Part shown: piece by piece, positions 47,477 through 57,949 of the stretch
How positions within the stretch are numbered: the first letter of the stretch is position 1
How the letters are laid out: every line of letters begins with the position of its first letter
Assembly: GCA_965203175.1 (NCBI GenBank)
Contig: OZ241867.1
Span: 2,208,001 to 2,272,000 of the forward strand
Length of the DNA stretch: 64,000 bases
Direction of reading: 5' to 3'
From: Candidatus Latescibacterota bacterium
GTDB taxonomy: Bacteria > Latescibacterota > UBA2968 > UBA8231
Made by a program: the position numbers and the translations under genes
The notes under the pieces: generated by a model
Database searches by the model: none
Told to the model about the DNA's origin: nothing
Seen by the model: only the letters and a program-made list of their open reading frames with translations

Positions 47477-48370
47477 TTAGGGACGTAGGTGTTTTTCTAG
47501 CCACGGAAAAATGATGCGCTGTTGAGCGGGCATTCGAATGAGATGGCCACTTTGGTGCCAAATCAACTCTTTGGACTGGGGCAAAGCGTCATATAACTCT
47601 TCTACCGCCGCCTTGGTCGCGTACTCGTCCTCGGTGGCATTGACCATCAGGACTGGTGCCGAGACGCGCGGAGCAAAGTTGAGTGAATTGGCAAATCGAC
47701 CGAATGGCCCCGTGGTCGGGAATTCTCCGGCTGCCGTAACGACAAGTACCAGCCCGGCTAGGCGAGGGTCAAGCCCGGCGGCGCGGATGCCGATAAGGCC
47801 GCCCATGCTTTCGCCCATCACTGCAATGCGCGTCGTATCGACCTGCGTGCGCGTATAGAGATAGTCAATAGCTCGGCGCGTATCGGTGGCCTGCTGGATC
47901 GTGCGTTCGCGCCATTCGTATAGCCCCATGTCTTTATTTTGTTCGGAGTCGAAGCGTTCGCCGTAGCCATAGGCGTCAATGGCCAAGGCACAATACCCAG
48001 CCTGTCCTAGGATATCTAGCCAAGAACGGACCCAGTGGTGGTCGATGCCTTGTGAGCCGTTGTTGCCGTGTAGCAAGACGACGGCGGCGCAAGCGGAGTC
48101 GTCGCGCGGATAGGCGAACAGGCCGGGGACGACTTCGTTGTGGCTCGAACGGAAATGGACCTTATCGACAGCGTGGGGGTGCTGTGGATCGTAGATCTGC
48201 GTATCGAGTACTTTGGCGTGCAGCGGCAAGTCTGGATCGTAGGCGTAATAATCTGCGACTCGGGCAAAGGTGGGGTCGTCAATAGGCGTCCTATCGTCTG
48301 CTGCATCTTGGGCGGCAAGCGGGCAATAGGCTGCACAAAGCGCGATGAGTATGCGTGCAAAAAGGGCCAT
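47477..48370 (-). CDS. Secreted alpha/beta hydrolase
   Basis: LLHG, GESMGG nucleophile elbow, D...SGH. Signal peptide begins at MALFARILIAL. Confidence 0.8.
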   Translation of the reverse strand: MALFARILIALCAAYCPLAAQDAADDRTPIDDPTFARVADYYAYDPDLPLHAKVLDTQIYDPQHPHAVDKVHFRSSHNEVVPGLFAYPRDDSACAAVVLLHGNNGSQGIDHHWVRSWLDILGQAGYCALAIDAYGYGERFDSEQNKDMGLYEWRERTIQQATDTRRAIDYLYTRTQVDTTRIAVMGESMGGLIGIRAAGLDPRLAGLVLVVTAAGEFPTTGPFGRFANSLNFAPRVSAPVLMVNATEDEYATKAAVEELYDALPQSKELIWHQSGHLIRMPAQQRIIFPWLEKHLRP

Positions 48371-48497
48371 CTCGTATGTATATCTTATTCCTGCGTCAGT
48401 TGTAGGTTGAACAATGCCAACATCAGACTCCGACATTCGCACGGTCCCATCCACGACCGCGATGCGGAGATGCTGCCGCGATTTGGAGCGATCAGGC

Positions 48498-50285
48498 CTA
48501 TCCCTGTACCGGCTGCAAATTGAGCAACACCAACAGCCACACCCGGTGCCAGTAGGCGCTATTGATGTACGGGCTGTATTCCGAAGGCCAGTTGCGCCAG
48601 TAGGTTTGGTTGTGCGGAATGCGGTGATACCACTGCAAGAGCGGAATCGACGGGAGCTCGGCGAGCCAGATTTCCATGGCTTGGCGATACAATTGCACCA
48701 GTTGCGGATCGCGCGGCGAGACTTCCGCCATTTGATCGACGATCCGGTCGAATTTCTCGTTCTGCCAGCGCCAGACGGACTCGGCGGGCTGGCCGGTTGG
48801 CTGCACGAAGCGGCTGTGGTAGAGCCGCAGCGTAAAATACGGATCGCGCACGCCGCCGGCGTGCCCGGTGATAAAGGAGCGGGCCGTGCCGTGCGATATA
48901 CGGGTGTACGTGTCTGGGGTATTGCGGAAGTCGGCGTCAAAACCTGCTCGCTCTAGCTGGGCGACCAAGACCGGCGTTATGTCTTGGAAGATCGGGAAGA
49001 TGTCGATGAGCATTTCAAATGGCTCGCCGTCTTTGGTCCAATAGCCCTTGGCGGACCGCTGCCAGCCCATGCTCCGCATCAGGGCCGCGCTCTTGTCTAG
49101 GTCAAAGACGCCTATTTCGTATTCCTCCAACAGATCCTCGACCTCGCTGAAGTACGGCCTAAGGGCCGGGTAGTCGGGCAAGGGTAGGAGCGTAAAAATT
49201 CCGGCTCCCTGCCAGCCCACTTCCACTAATTGCTGCCGGTTGATGGCATAGTTGATCGCCCGCCGCACGCCCACGTCTGAGAAGGGGGCTTCAAGGTTGT
49301 TGAAGCCGAGGGAAATGGGCCAGAAATCGACGTAGCCGTACGGCGGCTCGCGCCCGGTCCAAGTCGTCACCTTGGGATTTTTGTCGAGTACGGTCAGGAT
49401 GTTGGGCGGACGCAGGTCGAGGCTGGTGTCAATGTGGTTGGTAATCAGGTTTTGGACGCGCTTGGCCTCCTCCATGTAAGGCAGGTAGATGATGCGCTCG
49501 ACTTTGGGCAGGGATTGGAAGCCGGTGGCCGCGGCCCACCAGTCTGGCCGCAGGTCCCAGATGCGCTGTTGCGGCGTGGAGAGCACCAGCTTGTACGGCC
49601 CGGAAAACACGGGCCAGCCTTTTTGCGGATCGAAGTTTTCAAAGGTGTCTGGCGACTGCCCTTCCCACACGTGCTTGGGCACAATCGGCACCCCACTGCC
49701 GAAGTTGTGGGTGAAATACGAGAAGACAAAGCGCGGATTGGGCGCGGTCAGGGCTATGCGCGCCGTCAGGCTATCGACGGCCACGGCCTCTTGGACCCAA
49801 TTTTTTATGTCGGTTGAATAGGACAACAAAGGTGCGTTGTCCTTGAGCATGTTGATCGTAAAGACCAAGTCGTGCGCCGTCCACGGCATGCCGTCGCTCC
49901 ACTGGACCCCCGGGCGAATGGTGATTTCCACTTCGGTATAGGCGTCGTTGAAGCGGTGGTCTGTGGCGATCCAGGGAATTAGCTTGCCCTTAAAGGCATT
50001 GTAAAAGTACAGCGGCTCGAAAACGAAATTGTACCCAGTGCGCGAGGTGGATTCCGGCCGATAGGGGTTGAAGGTATTGTAGTCTTTGATCTGCCCGGCG
50101 CACGTGCCGCTTTCGGCGCAATCCATGATCAAGGTGCGGTTGCGCGGGACCTGTATTAGTGCCGATTCTTCGACCTCGGCGTCCTCGGGCTGGTCGGCCG
50201 CGTCCGATGGCTCTTGGTCTGAGGGGGTATCGCCGCAGCCGCTAAGCAGCCACGCGCTGAGCAATGTGCAGATACTGCGTTTCAT
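48498..50285 (-). CDS. ABC substrate-binding lipoprotein, family 5
   Basis: Lipobox LSGC, WSDGMPWTAHDLVFT, VRRAINYAINR. Confidence 0.9.
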   Translation of the reverse strand: MKRSICTLLSAWLLSGCGDTPSDQEPSDAADQPEDAEVEESALIQVPRNRTLIMDCAESGTCAGQIKDYNTFNPYRPESTSRTGYNFVFEPLYFYNAFKGKLIPWIATDHRFNDAYTEVEITIRPGVQWSDGMPWTAHDLVFTINMLKDNAPLLSYSTDIKNWVQEAVAVDSLTARIALTAPNPRFVFSYFTHNFGSGVPIVPKHVWEGQSPDTFENFDPQKGWPVFSGPYKLVLSTPQQRIWDLRPDWWAAATGFQSLPKVERIIYLPYMEEAKRVQNLITNHIDTSLDLRPPNILTVLDKNPKVTTWTGREPPYGYVDFWPISLGFNNLEAPFSDVGVRRAINYAINRQQLVEVGWQGAGIFTLLPLPDYPALRPYFSEVEDLLEEYEIGVFDLDKSAALMRSMGWQRSAKGYWTKDGEPFEMLIDIFPIFQDITPVLVAQLERAGFDADFRNTPDTYTRISHGTARSFITGHAGGVRDPYFTLRLYHSRFVQPTGQPAESVWRWQNEKFDRIVDQMAEVSPRDPQLVQLYRQAMEIWLAELPSIPLLQWYHRIPHNQTYWRNWPSEYSPYINSAYWHRVWLLVLLNLQPVQG

Positions 50286-50344
50286 GTTAGACCTCGCCTC
50301 GATTTAGAGTGAAAGGGCCGCGCCGATTGAGCGCGAGCAAACCT

Positions 50345-52072
50345 TTAACCTCGCGTTGGTTGTAGGTTCAACAATACTAAAAGCCACGTTCGGTGCCAGT
50401 AGGCTGTATTGATATACGGATTGTCCGCTGACGGCCAGTTGCGCCAGTAGGTTTGGTTGTGTGGCAAGCGGTGGTAAAATTGCAACAAGGGTACGGCTGG
50501 CAACTCGCGCAGCCAAATCGCCAGCGCCTTTCTGAACAGGACCACCAAGCGCGGATCGTCGGGTGCGGTCTGTCCCATCTGATCAACGAGTGCGTCATAT
50601 TCGGAGTTTTTCCACCGCCAGAAGGTCGGCGTCGCCGTGCCCGTGGGCTGGGCGAAGCGGCTGTGGTAGAGCCGCAGGGTAAAGTACGGGTCGCGCACCG
50701 AGCCTCCATTGCCAAATATATAGGTTTTAGCCGCGCCCGTAGTCATCCGCGTGTAGTTGTCCGAGGTCATCCGCATGTTGGCTGCAAAGCCAGCCCGCTG
50801 CAACTGCTCGACTAGAATCGGCGCGATGTCTTGGAAAGTTTGGCTGATGTCGAGCAGCACCTTGGCCTGTGTCCCGTCCCGAGTCCAGATGCCTTCGGCG
50901 TCCTGCTGCCACCCGGACTCCTGCATCAGGGCCGCGCTGCGGGCTGGATCGAATAGGCCCACCGGATGTTGTTCTAGCAAGTCTTGAACTTGGTCCGTGT
51001 AGTGCCTGAGCCGCGGGAAGTCGGGGAACGGCAATAGGGTTGGTTTTCCTGCTCCTTGCCAGCCGACTTCCACTAGCTGCTCGCGGTTGATGGCGTGGTT
51101 TACGGCCCAGCGGAAGGCCAGCTCGTCGTAGGGCGACTCTTGGGTATTGAAGCCCAGCGAGAGGGGCCACCAGTCCAGATAGCCATAGGGCGGCTCTTGG
51201 CCACTCCAGGTCGTCGCATTGGGGTTTTGCTCTAGTACTGTGCGGATGTTGGGCGGCAGCATGTCGGCGCACAGGTCCATGGCATTGGTAGCGAGGTTTT
51301 GGACCTGTTTGGCTTCCTCCATGTAGGGCAGGTAGATCAGCCGCTCGACTTGCGGCGGCTGGTGGAAGCCGATTTTGGCGGCCCACCAGCCCTCGCGCCG
51401 ATCCCAGATCCGTTGCTCTGGCACGGAATGCGCTAGGCGGTACGGACCACTGACTACGGGCCAGCCCTGCGCTATATCGAAGTTGGCGAAGGTCTTGGGA
51501 TCTTGGCCTTCCCAGATGTGCCGGGGCACAATCGGTACGCCATTGTCGAAGTTGTGGGTGAAATACGTGAAGACGAAGCGCGGGTTGGGGGCCGTCAATG
51601 CAATGCGCGCCGTCAGGCTGTCGCTGGCCACGGCTGTTTTTACCCAGGTCTGCATATCGACTGCAAAGGTCAGTTCCGGCGCGTGGTCGCGGAGCATGTT
51701 GATCGTAAAGACCACGTCGTGCGCCGTCCACGGCTGCCCATCGCTCCACTCGGCTCCGGGCCGAATTTTTATGGTGACCTCGGTGTAGTCTGCGTTGTAC
51801 TCGTGCCCGGTGGCGATCCAGGGGATGATCTCGTCGCGGTAGGCGTTGTAAAAGTAGAGCGGCTCGTAGAGGAAGTTATATCCCGTGCGCGAGACCTTGC
51901 CGGGCAGGTAGGGATTAAAGGCGTCGTAGTCTTGGAACTGGCCGCTGCACGTGCCCTGATCGACGCAGTCGGTGACCAGGGTGCGCTCGCGCGGCACGTG
52001 TTGCAGGCTACCTTCGCCGCTACAAGCGGCGCAGACCAGAGCGAGGATTAGTGAGAAAGCGGGGCGCGTCAA
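50345..52072 (-). CDS. ABC substrate-binding lipoprotein, family 5 (paralogue)
   Basis: TTG start after AGGAG, lipobox AAC, WSDGQPWTAHDVVFT; closely similar to its neighbour. Confidence 0.88.
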   Translation of the reverse strand: MTRPAFSLILALVCAACSGEGSLQHVPRERTLVTDCVDQGTCSGQFQDYDAFNPYLPGKVSRTGYNFLYEPLYFYNAYRDEIIPWIATGHEYNADYTEVTIKIRPGAEWSDGQPWTAHDVVFTINMLRDHAPELTFAVDMQTWVKTAVASDSLTARIALTAPNPRFVFTYFTHNFDNGVPIVPRHIWEGQDPKTFANFDIAQGWPVVSGPYRLAHSVPEQRIWDRREGWWAAKIGFHQPPQVERLIYLPYMEEAKQVQNLATNAMDLCADMLPPNIRTVLEQNPNATTWSGQEPPYGYLDWWPLSLGFNTQESPYDELAFRWAVNHAINREQLVEVGWQGAGKPTLLPFPDFPRLRHYTDQVQDLLEQHPVGLFDPARSAALMQESGWQQDAEGIWTRDGTQAKVLLDISQTFQDIAPILVEQLQRAGFAANMRMTSDNYTRMTTGAAKTYIFGNGGSVRDPYFTLRLYHSRFAQPTGTATPTFWRWKNSEYDALVDQMGQTAPDDPRLVVLFRKALAIWLRELPAVPLLQFYHRLPHNQTYWRNWPSADNPYINTAYWHRTWLLVLLNLQPTRG

Positions 52073-52207
52073 AACTTCTCCTTTTGGCGGTGGCCGCCAA
52101 AACGTATCAACGCGCGTTGGGAGGGTCAACCAGCTTGAGCGAAGCCGCCAACCCGCCTATACTACCTCCATCCGATTCCGAACTCCATCAACCACTCCGG
52201 AAAGACT

Positions 52208-53812
52208 ATGTACGATCTGTTAATCCGCAACGCCCAGCTCCTCGACGGCAGCGGCCAGCCGGCTTTCCGCGGCGACATCGCCGTTGAGCAGGGCCGCATC
52301 GTGGCCATCGGAGATCTTGCCGCAGCCGAGGCGAGTCGCACTATCGATGCCGAGGGCTGCATCGCCTGCCCCGGCTTTATCGACATCCACACGCATTCGG
52401 ACTTGACTATCGCCCTCGACGGCCGTGCGCTCAGTTCCCTGACGCAGGGCATTACGACCCAAGTCATGGGCAACTGCGGCGTGTCGGCCGCGCCCACCCG
52501 CGACTACGAGCCGTACTACGGCCCGCTCGACCCGGCGATGACCCGTGGTTTGGCGTGCGATTGGACGCATTTCGGCGACTATTTCCAGCGGCTCGAAGCC
52601 AATGGATTGGGCACGAATACCGCGACCTTGGTCGGCCACGGCAACGTGCGCGTCGCCGCCATGGGCTACGACGACCGCCCGCCGACTGCGGCTGAAATGG
52701 AGCAGATGAAGGCACTCGTCGCCCGCGCAATGGAAGACGGCGCGATGGGGCTGTCGTCGGGCTTGGCGTACGCGCCCGGTCCGTATGCGGCGCTGGAAGA
52801 ACTCGTCGAGTTGGGGAAGGTCGTCGCTGAGTACGGCGGCATCTACACCTCGCACATCCGCAACCAGACCGAGTCGATTGCCCAAGCTGTCGGCGAGGTC
52901 ATTGCCGTCGGTGAGCAAGCCTCGGTTGCAGCCCACGTCTCGCACATGCAGCCCGGTGCGCCAATGATCGGCGCGACCCGCGACCTGCTCGCTACCATCG
53001 ACCAGAAACGCCGCGAGGGCTGCGACATTAGCTGCGACGCCATTCCCTATACGATTGGCAGCACTACCCTCAAGTCGCTGTTGCCTCCTTGGGCCTTGGC
53101 TGGCGGCGACGAGGAGTTGCTGAGGAGGTTACAAGACCCGGAGACTCGCGCCAAGATCGAACAGGACACCGTGCAGTACGGGGCCGAGAGCGGCGGCAGC
53201 CGCAAGCGCAACTTGGCGCGGGATGGAGAATGGGACAAGATCTGGCTGGGCAGCGCCGAACAAAACGCCGCCCTAGTCGGCCTGAGCTTTGCCGAGATTG
53301 GTCGGCGGCGCGGCCAAACCCCTCACGACGCGGTTTGCGACATTCTCGTCGAAGAGCGCGCGCGGCCGTGGATGCTGGCTGAGGACGTGTCTGAGGAGGA
53401 CTTCCTCAACATCGCCCGCCACTCTACCGGCGGCGTCATCTCCGACGGCTTCTCGCTGGTGCCCGAAGGCACCTTGGCCGAGGGCAAGCACCATCCCCGC
53501 TCCTATGGGGCCTTCCCCTACTTCTTGCGCCACTTCGTCCGCGAGCAAGGCGCGCTGCGCTGGGAAGAGGCCATCCACAAGCTCACTGGCCACCCCGCCG
53601 CCCGCTTCCGCTTGCGCGCGCGCGGCCTGTTGCGCGAAGGCTACTGGGCCGACCTCGTGGTCTTCGACCCCGCAGCCATCGGCGAGTGCGCCGACTTTGC
53701 CGACCCCTATCGCTATCCGCAGGGCATTGACTGCGTAATTGTCAATGGACGGATTGCCGTTGAACGAGGAGAAATAGCAGACAGCCGCGCCGGACAGATC
53801 GTCCGGGCATGA
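52208..53812 (+). CDS. N-acyl-D-amino-acid deacylase (D-aminoacylase)
   Basis: PGFIDIHTHSD, GNCG, SHIR, HPRSYGAFP, ADLVVFDP. Confidence 0.92.
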   Translation: MYDLLIRNAQLLDGSGQPAFRGDIAVEQGRIVAIGDLAAAEASRTIDAEGCIACPGFIDIHTHSDLTIALDGRALSSLTQGITTQVMGNCGVSAAPTRDYEPYYGPLDPAMTRGLACDWTHFGDYFQRLEANGLGTNTATLVGHGNVRVAAMGYDDRPPTAAEMEQMKALVARAMEDGAMGLSSGLAYAPGPYAALEELVELGKVVAEYGGIYTSHIRNQTESIAQAVGEVIAVGEQASVAAHVSHMQPGAPMIGATRDLLATIDQKRREGCDISCDAIPYTIGSTTLKSLLPPWALAGGDEELLRRLQDPETRAKIEQDTVQYGAESGGSRKRNLARDGEWDKIWLGSAEQNAALVGLSFAEIGRRRGQTPHDAVCDILVEERARPWMLAEDVSEEDFLNIARHSTGGVISDGFSLVPEGTLAEGKHHPRSYGAFPYFLRHFVREQGALRWEEAIHKLTGHPAARFRLRARGLLREGYWADLVVFDPAAIGECADFADPYRYPQGIDCVIVNGRIAVERGEIADSRAGQIVRA

Positions 53813-55086
53813 GCTATGCCCAGCTAACGCGCTTCATGTTGCCCTTGGTGGTGACGGCGCTGGTGCAAGAGCTCAGCGGCCAGTTCCTCAACGGCGGCAT
53901 GGCGCGGATGCCGCGGGCGGTCGAAACGCTGGCCGCCTTTGGCTTGGCCTTTGGCTTGGCTCTATTCCTCGCTGGCACCTTATCTCAGGTACGGCAGCTC
54001 GGCTTGGTCCTCGTCGAGCACACCCAAGGCTACCGAGTCTGCTTCCGCTTTGTGCTCGCCGCTGGGCTGCTATTGGCCGGGATCTTAGCCAGCTTGGCGC
54101 TGACGCCTCTGGGAACTTGGATCATCAACGATCTGCACGGGGTCGATCCCGCACTCGGCGATGCAGTGCGCTTGGCCCTGCTGTTGCTTGTTCCCTTCCC
54201 CGTGCTGTACGGGATGACGCGCTTTTATAGCGGCGAACTCATCCGTGTCCGCCGCACCGACATTCCCGCTTACGCCATTACCACGGGGATCGCCCTCAGC
54301 ATCCTTGCGGTTTTTGTGCTGCTGCCGCTCGGCTTCGTCCGCCAGACTCCCATCTTACTGCCGGTCCTCGCCACGTACACGGGTGCCCTCGCCGAGCTTG
54401 GCGTGGTCGCGTGGGGCCGCTGGCGCTTGGTGCGCTGGCCCGAGCCAGCTAATGAGCCGCTCCTGACCTACTTCTACGTCCTGCGCTTTTTTTGGCCCTT
54501 GGCGCTGATTATGGCGGTGCAGGCTGGCACCCGGCCGCTGATCAACGTATTCGTCGCCCGCAGTGCCGATGGCACCGAAGCGCTGGCCGTGCTGACCGTC
54601 GTCTATGCGCTCGGCCACATTCCCTATGGCTGGCTCAACGAACTGCGCAATCTGCCGACGGCCTTCCGCCAAGAAGGGGATTTGAGCAAGATCCGCCGCT
54701 TCTGCTGGGGCTGTTGTCTGTTTTCCTGTGCGTGGATGGCGGTGTTGTTTTGGACGCCGGCGGTCGATTACATACTCGGCACTTGGATCGGCATTGGCCC
54801 CGATTTGATCGCCCACTGCAAGACGCCGCTGCTTCTCTTCATGGGCTTTCCCTTTGTCGTCAGCCTGCGCAGCTACTTCCACGGCATTGGCCTGCTTCAG
54901 CACCGCACCCAAGCCATGGCACCGAGCGCTCCGTCGCGCGTAGCGACCGTCTTGCTGGTGCTAGCCCTGCTGGCCAATTTAGATCTGCACGGCGCGACCC
55001 AAGCCGTGGGAGCCTTAGTTAGCGGCCACACTGTGGAGGCCTTGGTCGTCTGGTGGAGCATCGGGCGCGGTAGGCGCGCCTCTTGA
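53809..55086 (+). CDS. ANKH-like (MOP/MATE superfamily) membrane protein
   Basis: Multi-TM protein. IINDLHGVD, FWPLALI, GHIPYGWLNELR, FWTP and HGAT match motifs of animal ANKH as recalled. Confidence 0.75.
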   Translation: MSYAQLTRFMLPLVVTALVQELSGQFLNGGMARMPRAVETLAAFGLAFGLALFLAGTLSQVRQLGLVLVEHTQGYRVCFRFVLAAGLLLAGILASLALTPLGTWIINDLHGVDPALGDAVRLALLLLVPFPVLYGMTRFYSGELIRVRRTDIPAYAITTGIALSILAVFVLLPLGFVRQTPILLPVLATYTGALAELGVVAWGRWRLVRWPEPANEPLLTYFYVLRFFWPLALIMAVQAGTRPLINVFVARSADGTEALAVLTVVYALGHIPYGWLNELRNLPTAFRQEGDLSKIRRFCWGCCLFSCAWMAVLFWTPAVDYILGTWIGIGPDLIAHCKTPLLLFMGFPFVVSLRSYFHGIGLLQHRTQAMAPSAPSRVATVLLVLALLANLDLHGATQAVGALVSGHTVEALVVWWSIGRGRRAS

Positions 55087-55220
55087 CGCAGCTAGGTCTG
55101 TGTCCAACGTTCTACGCAAATTTTGTGGAGGGGCAACCGCTCCTGCAGAATTCCCATAGGAACCGTCCTTTGTGGCGGTCTTGATCCAACGACAAAAACT
55201 CGGGAAAGGACGACATAACC

Positions 55221-56855
55221 ATGAATGGCAACCAAGCCATTGCCCACATCCTCAAGGCCGAAGGCGTCGAGTGGCTGTCGGCTTTTCCCAACCAGCCGCT
55301 GATTGACGAGGGCGCGCGCGCTGGTATCCGCCCCATTATCTGTCGCCAGGAGCGGACGGGTGTCAACATGGCCGACGGCTTCAGCCGCACGACTAATGGC
55401 CGCCCTTTTGGCGTCTTCACCATGCAGACCGGGCCGGGAGCTGAAAACGCGCTCGGCGGCGCGGCCCAAGCCTACGCCGATGCCATCCCCTTGCTGCTCC
55501 TGCCCGGCGGCGTGTCCACGGCCCGAACGCAAGTGCCGCCCAACTTCGAGGCGGTGGACAATTATCGCGGCATCACCAAATGGGCCGCGAACATCAACCA
55601 AGTCGAGCGCATCCCCGAGCTGATGCGCCGCGCCTTTAGCCAGCTCGTCCACGGCCGGCCCGGCCCGGTGCTCGTGGAAATCCCCAGCGACTTAGGTGCC
55701 GCTGAATTTCCCAGTGACCTCGACTACCAACCGGTCAAAGCCTGCAAATCCGCAGCGGATTCGGACGCGGTCCGCGACTTGGTTGCCGCGCTGGTCAAGG
55801 CCGAATGCCCGATCATCAACGCTGGGCACGGCGTGATGTGGGCCGAAGCTACGGACCAGCTCGTGGCCCTCGCCGAACTGCTCAACGTACCCGTTATGAC
55901 CACCTTGGCCGGCAAGAGCGCGTTTCCCGAAAACCATCCGCTCGCGCTGGGCACTGGCGGCCACACTGGCACGCTGATGGTCGATCGCTTCTTGCAAAAG
56001 ACCGACTTCGTCTTGGGTGTGGGCACTAGTTTTACCATCTCGGTTTTCAATGCGCCTATGCCCGATCGCGCCGTCTTGGCGCAGGTGACAAACTGCGCGG
56101 AAGATCTCAACAAGGACTATCGGATCGACTTGGGGGCTATCGGCGATGCGCGGATCGTGCTGGAGCAGATCAGCGAGGAAGTCCGCCGGCAGCTTGGGGC
56201 CGACGGGCGAGGAGATGGCGGAGTTGCGGCTGAGATCGCGGCGATCCGCGCTGAGTTCAACGCCGAGTGGGCACCGCGATTTCGCTCGGACGAGGTGCCG
56301 ATAAACCCCTACCGGGTCTTCGCCGAGCTCGCCCGCGCCGTGGATGTGCCCAATACCATCATTACCCACGACTCGGGCTATCCCCGCGATCAGCTCGTGC
56401 CTTTCTGGCGGCCCCAAGTTCCCAGAGGGTACATGGGCTGGGGCAAATCGACCCAGCTTGGCTACGGCTTGGGGTTGGCCTTGGGAGCCAAGTTAGCCGC
56501 GCCGGACAAGCAGGTCATCAACATCATGGGCGACGCGGCTTTTGGCATGGCGGGTCTCGATATTGAGACCGCAGTGCGCGCAGAGATTCCCATTCTCACG
56601 GTGGTGCTCAACAACGGTGTGATGACGCACTACAACCACCACATGCCTTACGCGACCGAGCACTGGCAGAGCGACCAACTCGGCGGCCACTACGCGCAGG
56701 TGGCCGAGGCGCTTGGTGCCCACGCCGAGCGCGTTGAAACGATCCCGGACTTGGCACCGGCCATCCAACGCGCCCTCGCGGCCAACCGCGAAGGCCGAGC
56801 CGCTCTGTTGGAGGTGATGACCAAGGCGGAAGAAAACGTAGCCAAATTTTGGTAA
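55221..56855 (+). CDS. ThDP-dependent enzyme (acetolactate synthase-like family)
   Basis: RQERTGVNMADG, GPGAEN, GRPGPV, GDAAFGM...VLNN. Confidence 0.9.
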   Translation: MNGNQAIAHILKAEGVEWLSAFPNQPLIDEGARAGIRPIICRQERTGVNMADGFSRTTNGRPFGVFTMQTGPGAENALGGAAQAYADAIPLLLLPGGVSTARTQVPPNFEAVDNYRGITKWAANINQVERIPELMRRAFSQLVHGRPGPVLVEIPSDLGAAEFPSDLDYQPVKACKSAADSDAVRDLVAALVKAECPIINAGHGVMWAEATDQLVALAELLNVPVMTTLAGKSAFPENHPLALGTGGHTGTLMVDRFLQKTDFVLGVGTSFTISVFNAPMPDRAVLAQVTNCAEDLNKDYRIDLGAIGDARIVLEQISEEVRRQLGADGRGDGGVAAEIAAIRAEFNAEWAPRFRSDEVPINPYRVFAELARAVDVPNTIITHDSGYPRDQLVPFWRPQVPRGYMGWGKSTQLGYGLGLALGAKLAAPDKQVINIMGDAAFGMAGLDIETAVRAEIPILTVVLNNGVMTHYNHHMPYATEHWQSDQLGGHYAQVAEALGAHAERVETIPDLAPAIQRALAANREGRAALLEVMTKAEENVAKFW

Positions 56856-56866
56856 AGGAGGAGCAG

Positions 56867-57949
56867 ATGGACCAATACAAAGCCGTTCTCATCGGCTGCA
56901 GCCGCATGGGGGCTTTCATCGATAACGAAGTCCCGGCCAATATGCGCCCGTACTCTCACGCCGCTGGATACGAGGCTTGTGAGCGCACGGATCTCATCGC
57001 CTGTTCGGATCTGCGACCCGAGGTGATGGAAAGGGTCGGCGCGCGCTACGGCATCCCTGCGGATAAGCAGTACACTGACTATCGCGAAATGCTCGCCCGC
57101 GAAAAGCCGGACATCGTCAGCGTGGCCACCCAGCCCGAGCACCGCGCCGAGATCGTCATCGCAGCGACCGAAGCAGGTGCTCGCGCGATCTACGCGGAAA
57201 AGGCGTTCTCGGCCTCGCTGGAGGAGGCCGACCGCATGGTCGAAGCCTGCCAGCGCCACAACGTCGCGCTCAACATGGGTACCAATCGCCGCTTCCACCC
57301 CGGCTACGACCAGATGAAGGCCATCATCGACTCCGGGGAAATCGGCGCGTTGCAAACCCTCATTATCCACCAGACCAGTGCGCTTTTTAACGGCGCCAGC
57401 CACAGCTTTGACCTGCTCCAGCGCCTCAACTCCGACGCTCCTGCCGATTGGGTGCAGGCGCATTTGCCCAATGGCGACGAGATCATCGACGGCGATATCC
57501 TGCGCGAAGACCCCACTGGGCACGGCATGATCCAGTTCGCCAACGGGGTTACTGCGTACGCGCTCAATTCGGGTCGGGGACTGGAAGTGGAAGCCGTCTG
57601 CGAAAAAGGCGTGGTGACGGCGCTGGGCAATGATAGGGAGTGGCAGTTGCGGGCACCGGTAGCACGCGATCACCGGGGCCGCAATAAATTGGGCTTGGTG
57701 GAATTCCCTGCTTTCGAGGACCGGGCTTCGACGCTTTGCTTGGTCGAGGATTTGGTACGCTCTCTCGATACGGGCGAGCCTCCGCGCGGTGGCGCAGAAC
57801 TGGCGCGGGCTAATACCGAACTGATTTTCGCGTTTGTGGAATCGCACCAGCGCGGCGGTGCTCGCGTGGAGTTGCCGCTTGAGGGGAGCGTTTATCGGCT
57901 AGAGCGGGATCGCGGGCCGAGGCAGCCGAAGTACGAGGCAGACGCCTAA
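56867..57949 (+). CDS. Gfo/Idh/MocA oxidoreductase
   Basis: IGCSRMG, EKPDIVSVAT, YAEKAF. Confidence 0.9.
   Translation: MDQYKAVLIGCSRMGAFIDNEVPANMRPYSHAAGYEACERTDLIACSDLRPEVMERVGARYGIPADKQYTDYREMLAREKPDIVSVATQPEHRAEIVIAATEAGARAIYAEKAFSASLEEADRMVEACQRHNVALNMGTNRRFHPGYDQMKAIIDSGEIGALQTLIIHQTSALFNGASHSFDLLQRLNSDAPADWVQAHLPNGDEIIDGDILREDPTGHGMIQFANGVTAYALNSGRGLEVEAVCEKGVVTALGNDREWQLRAPVARDHRGRNKLGLVEFPAFEDRASTLCLVEDLVRSLDTGEPPRGGAELARANTELIFAFVESHQRGGARVELPLEGSVYRLERDRGPRQPKYEADA

Noticed and set aside
47477-48940. 487-aa form of the hydrolase ORF
   Set aside because: The 5' extension overlaps the SBP gene in another frame; the signal peptide starts at 48370.
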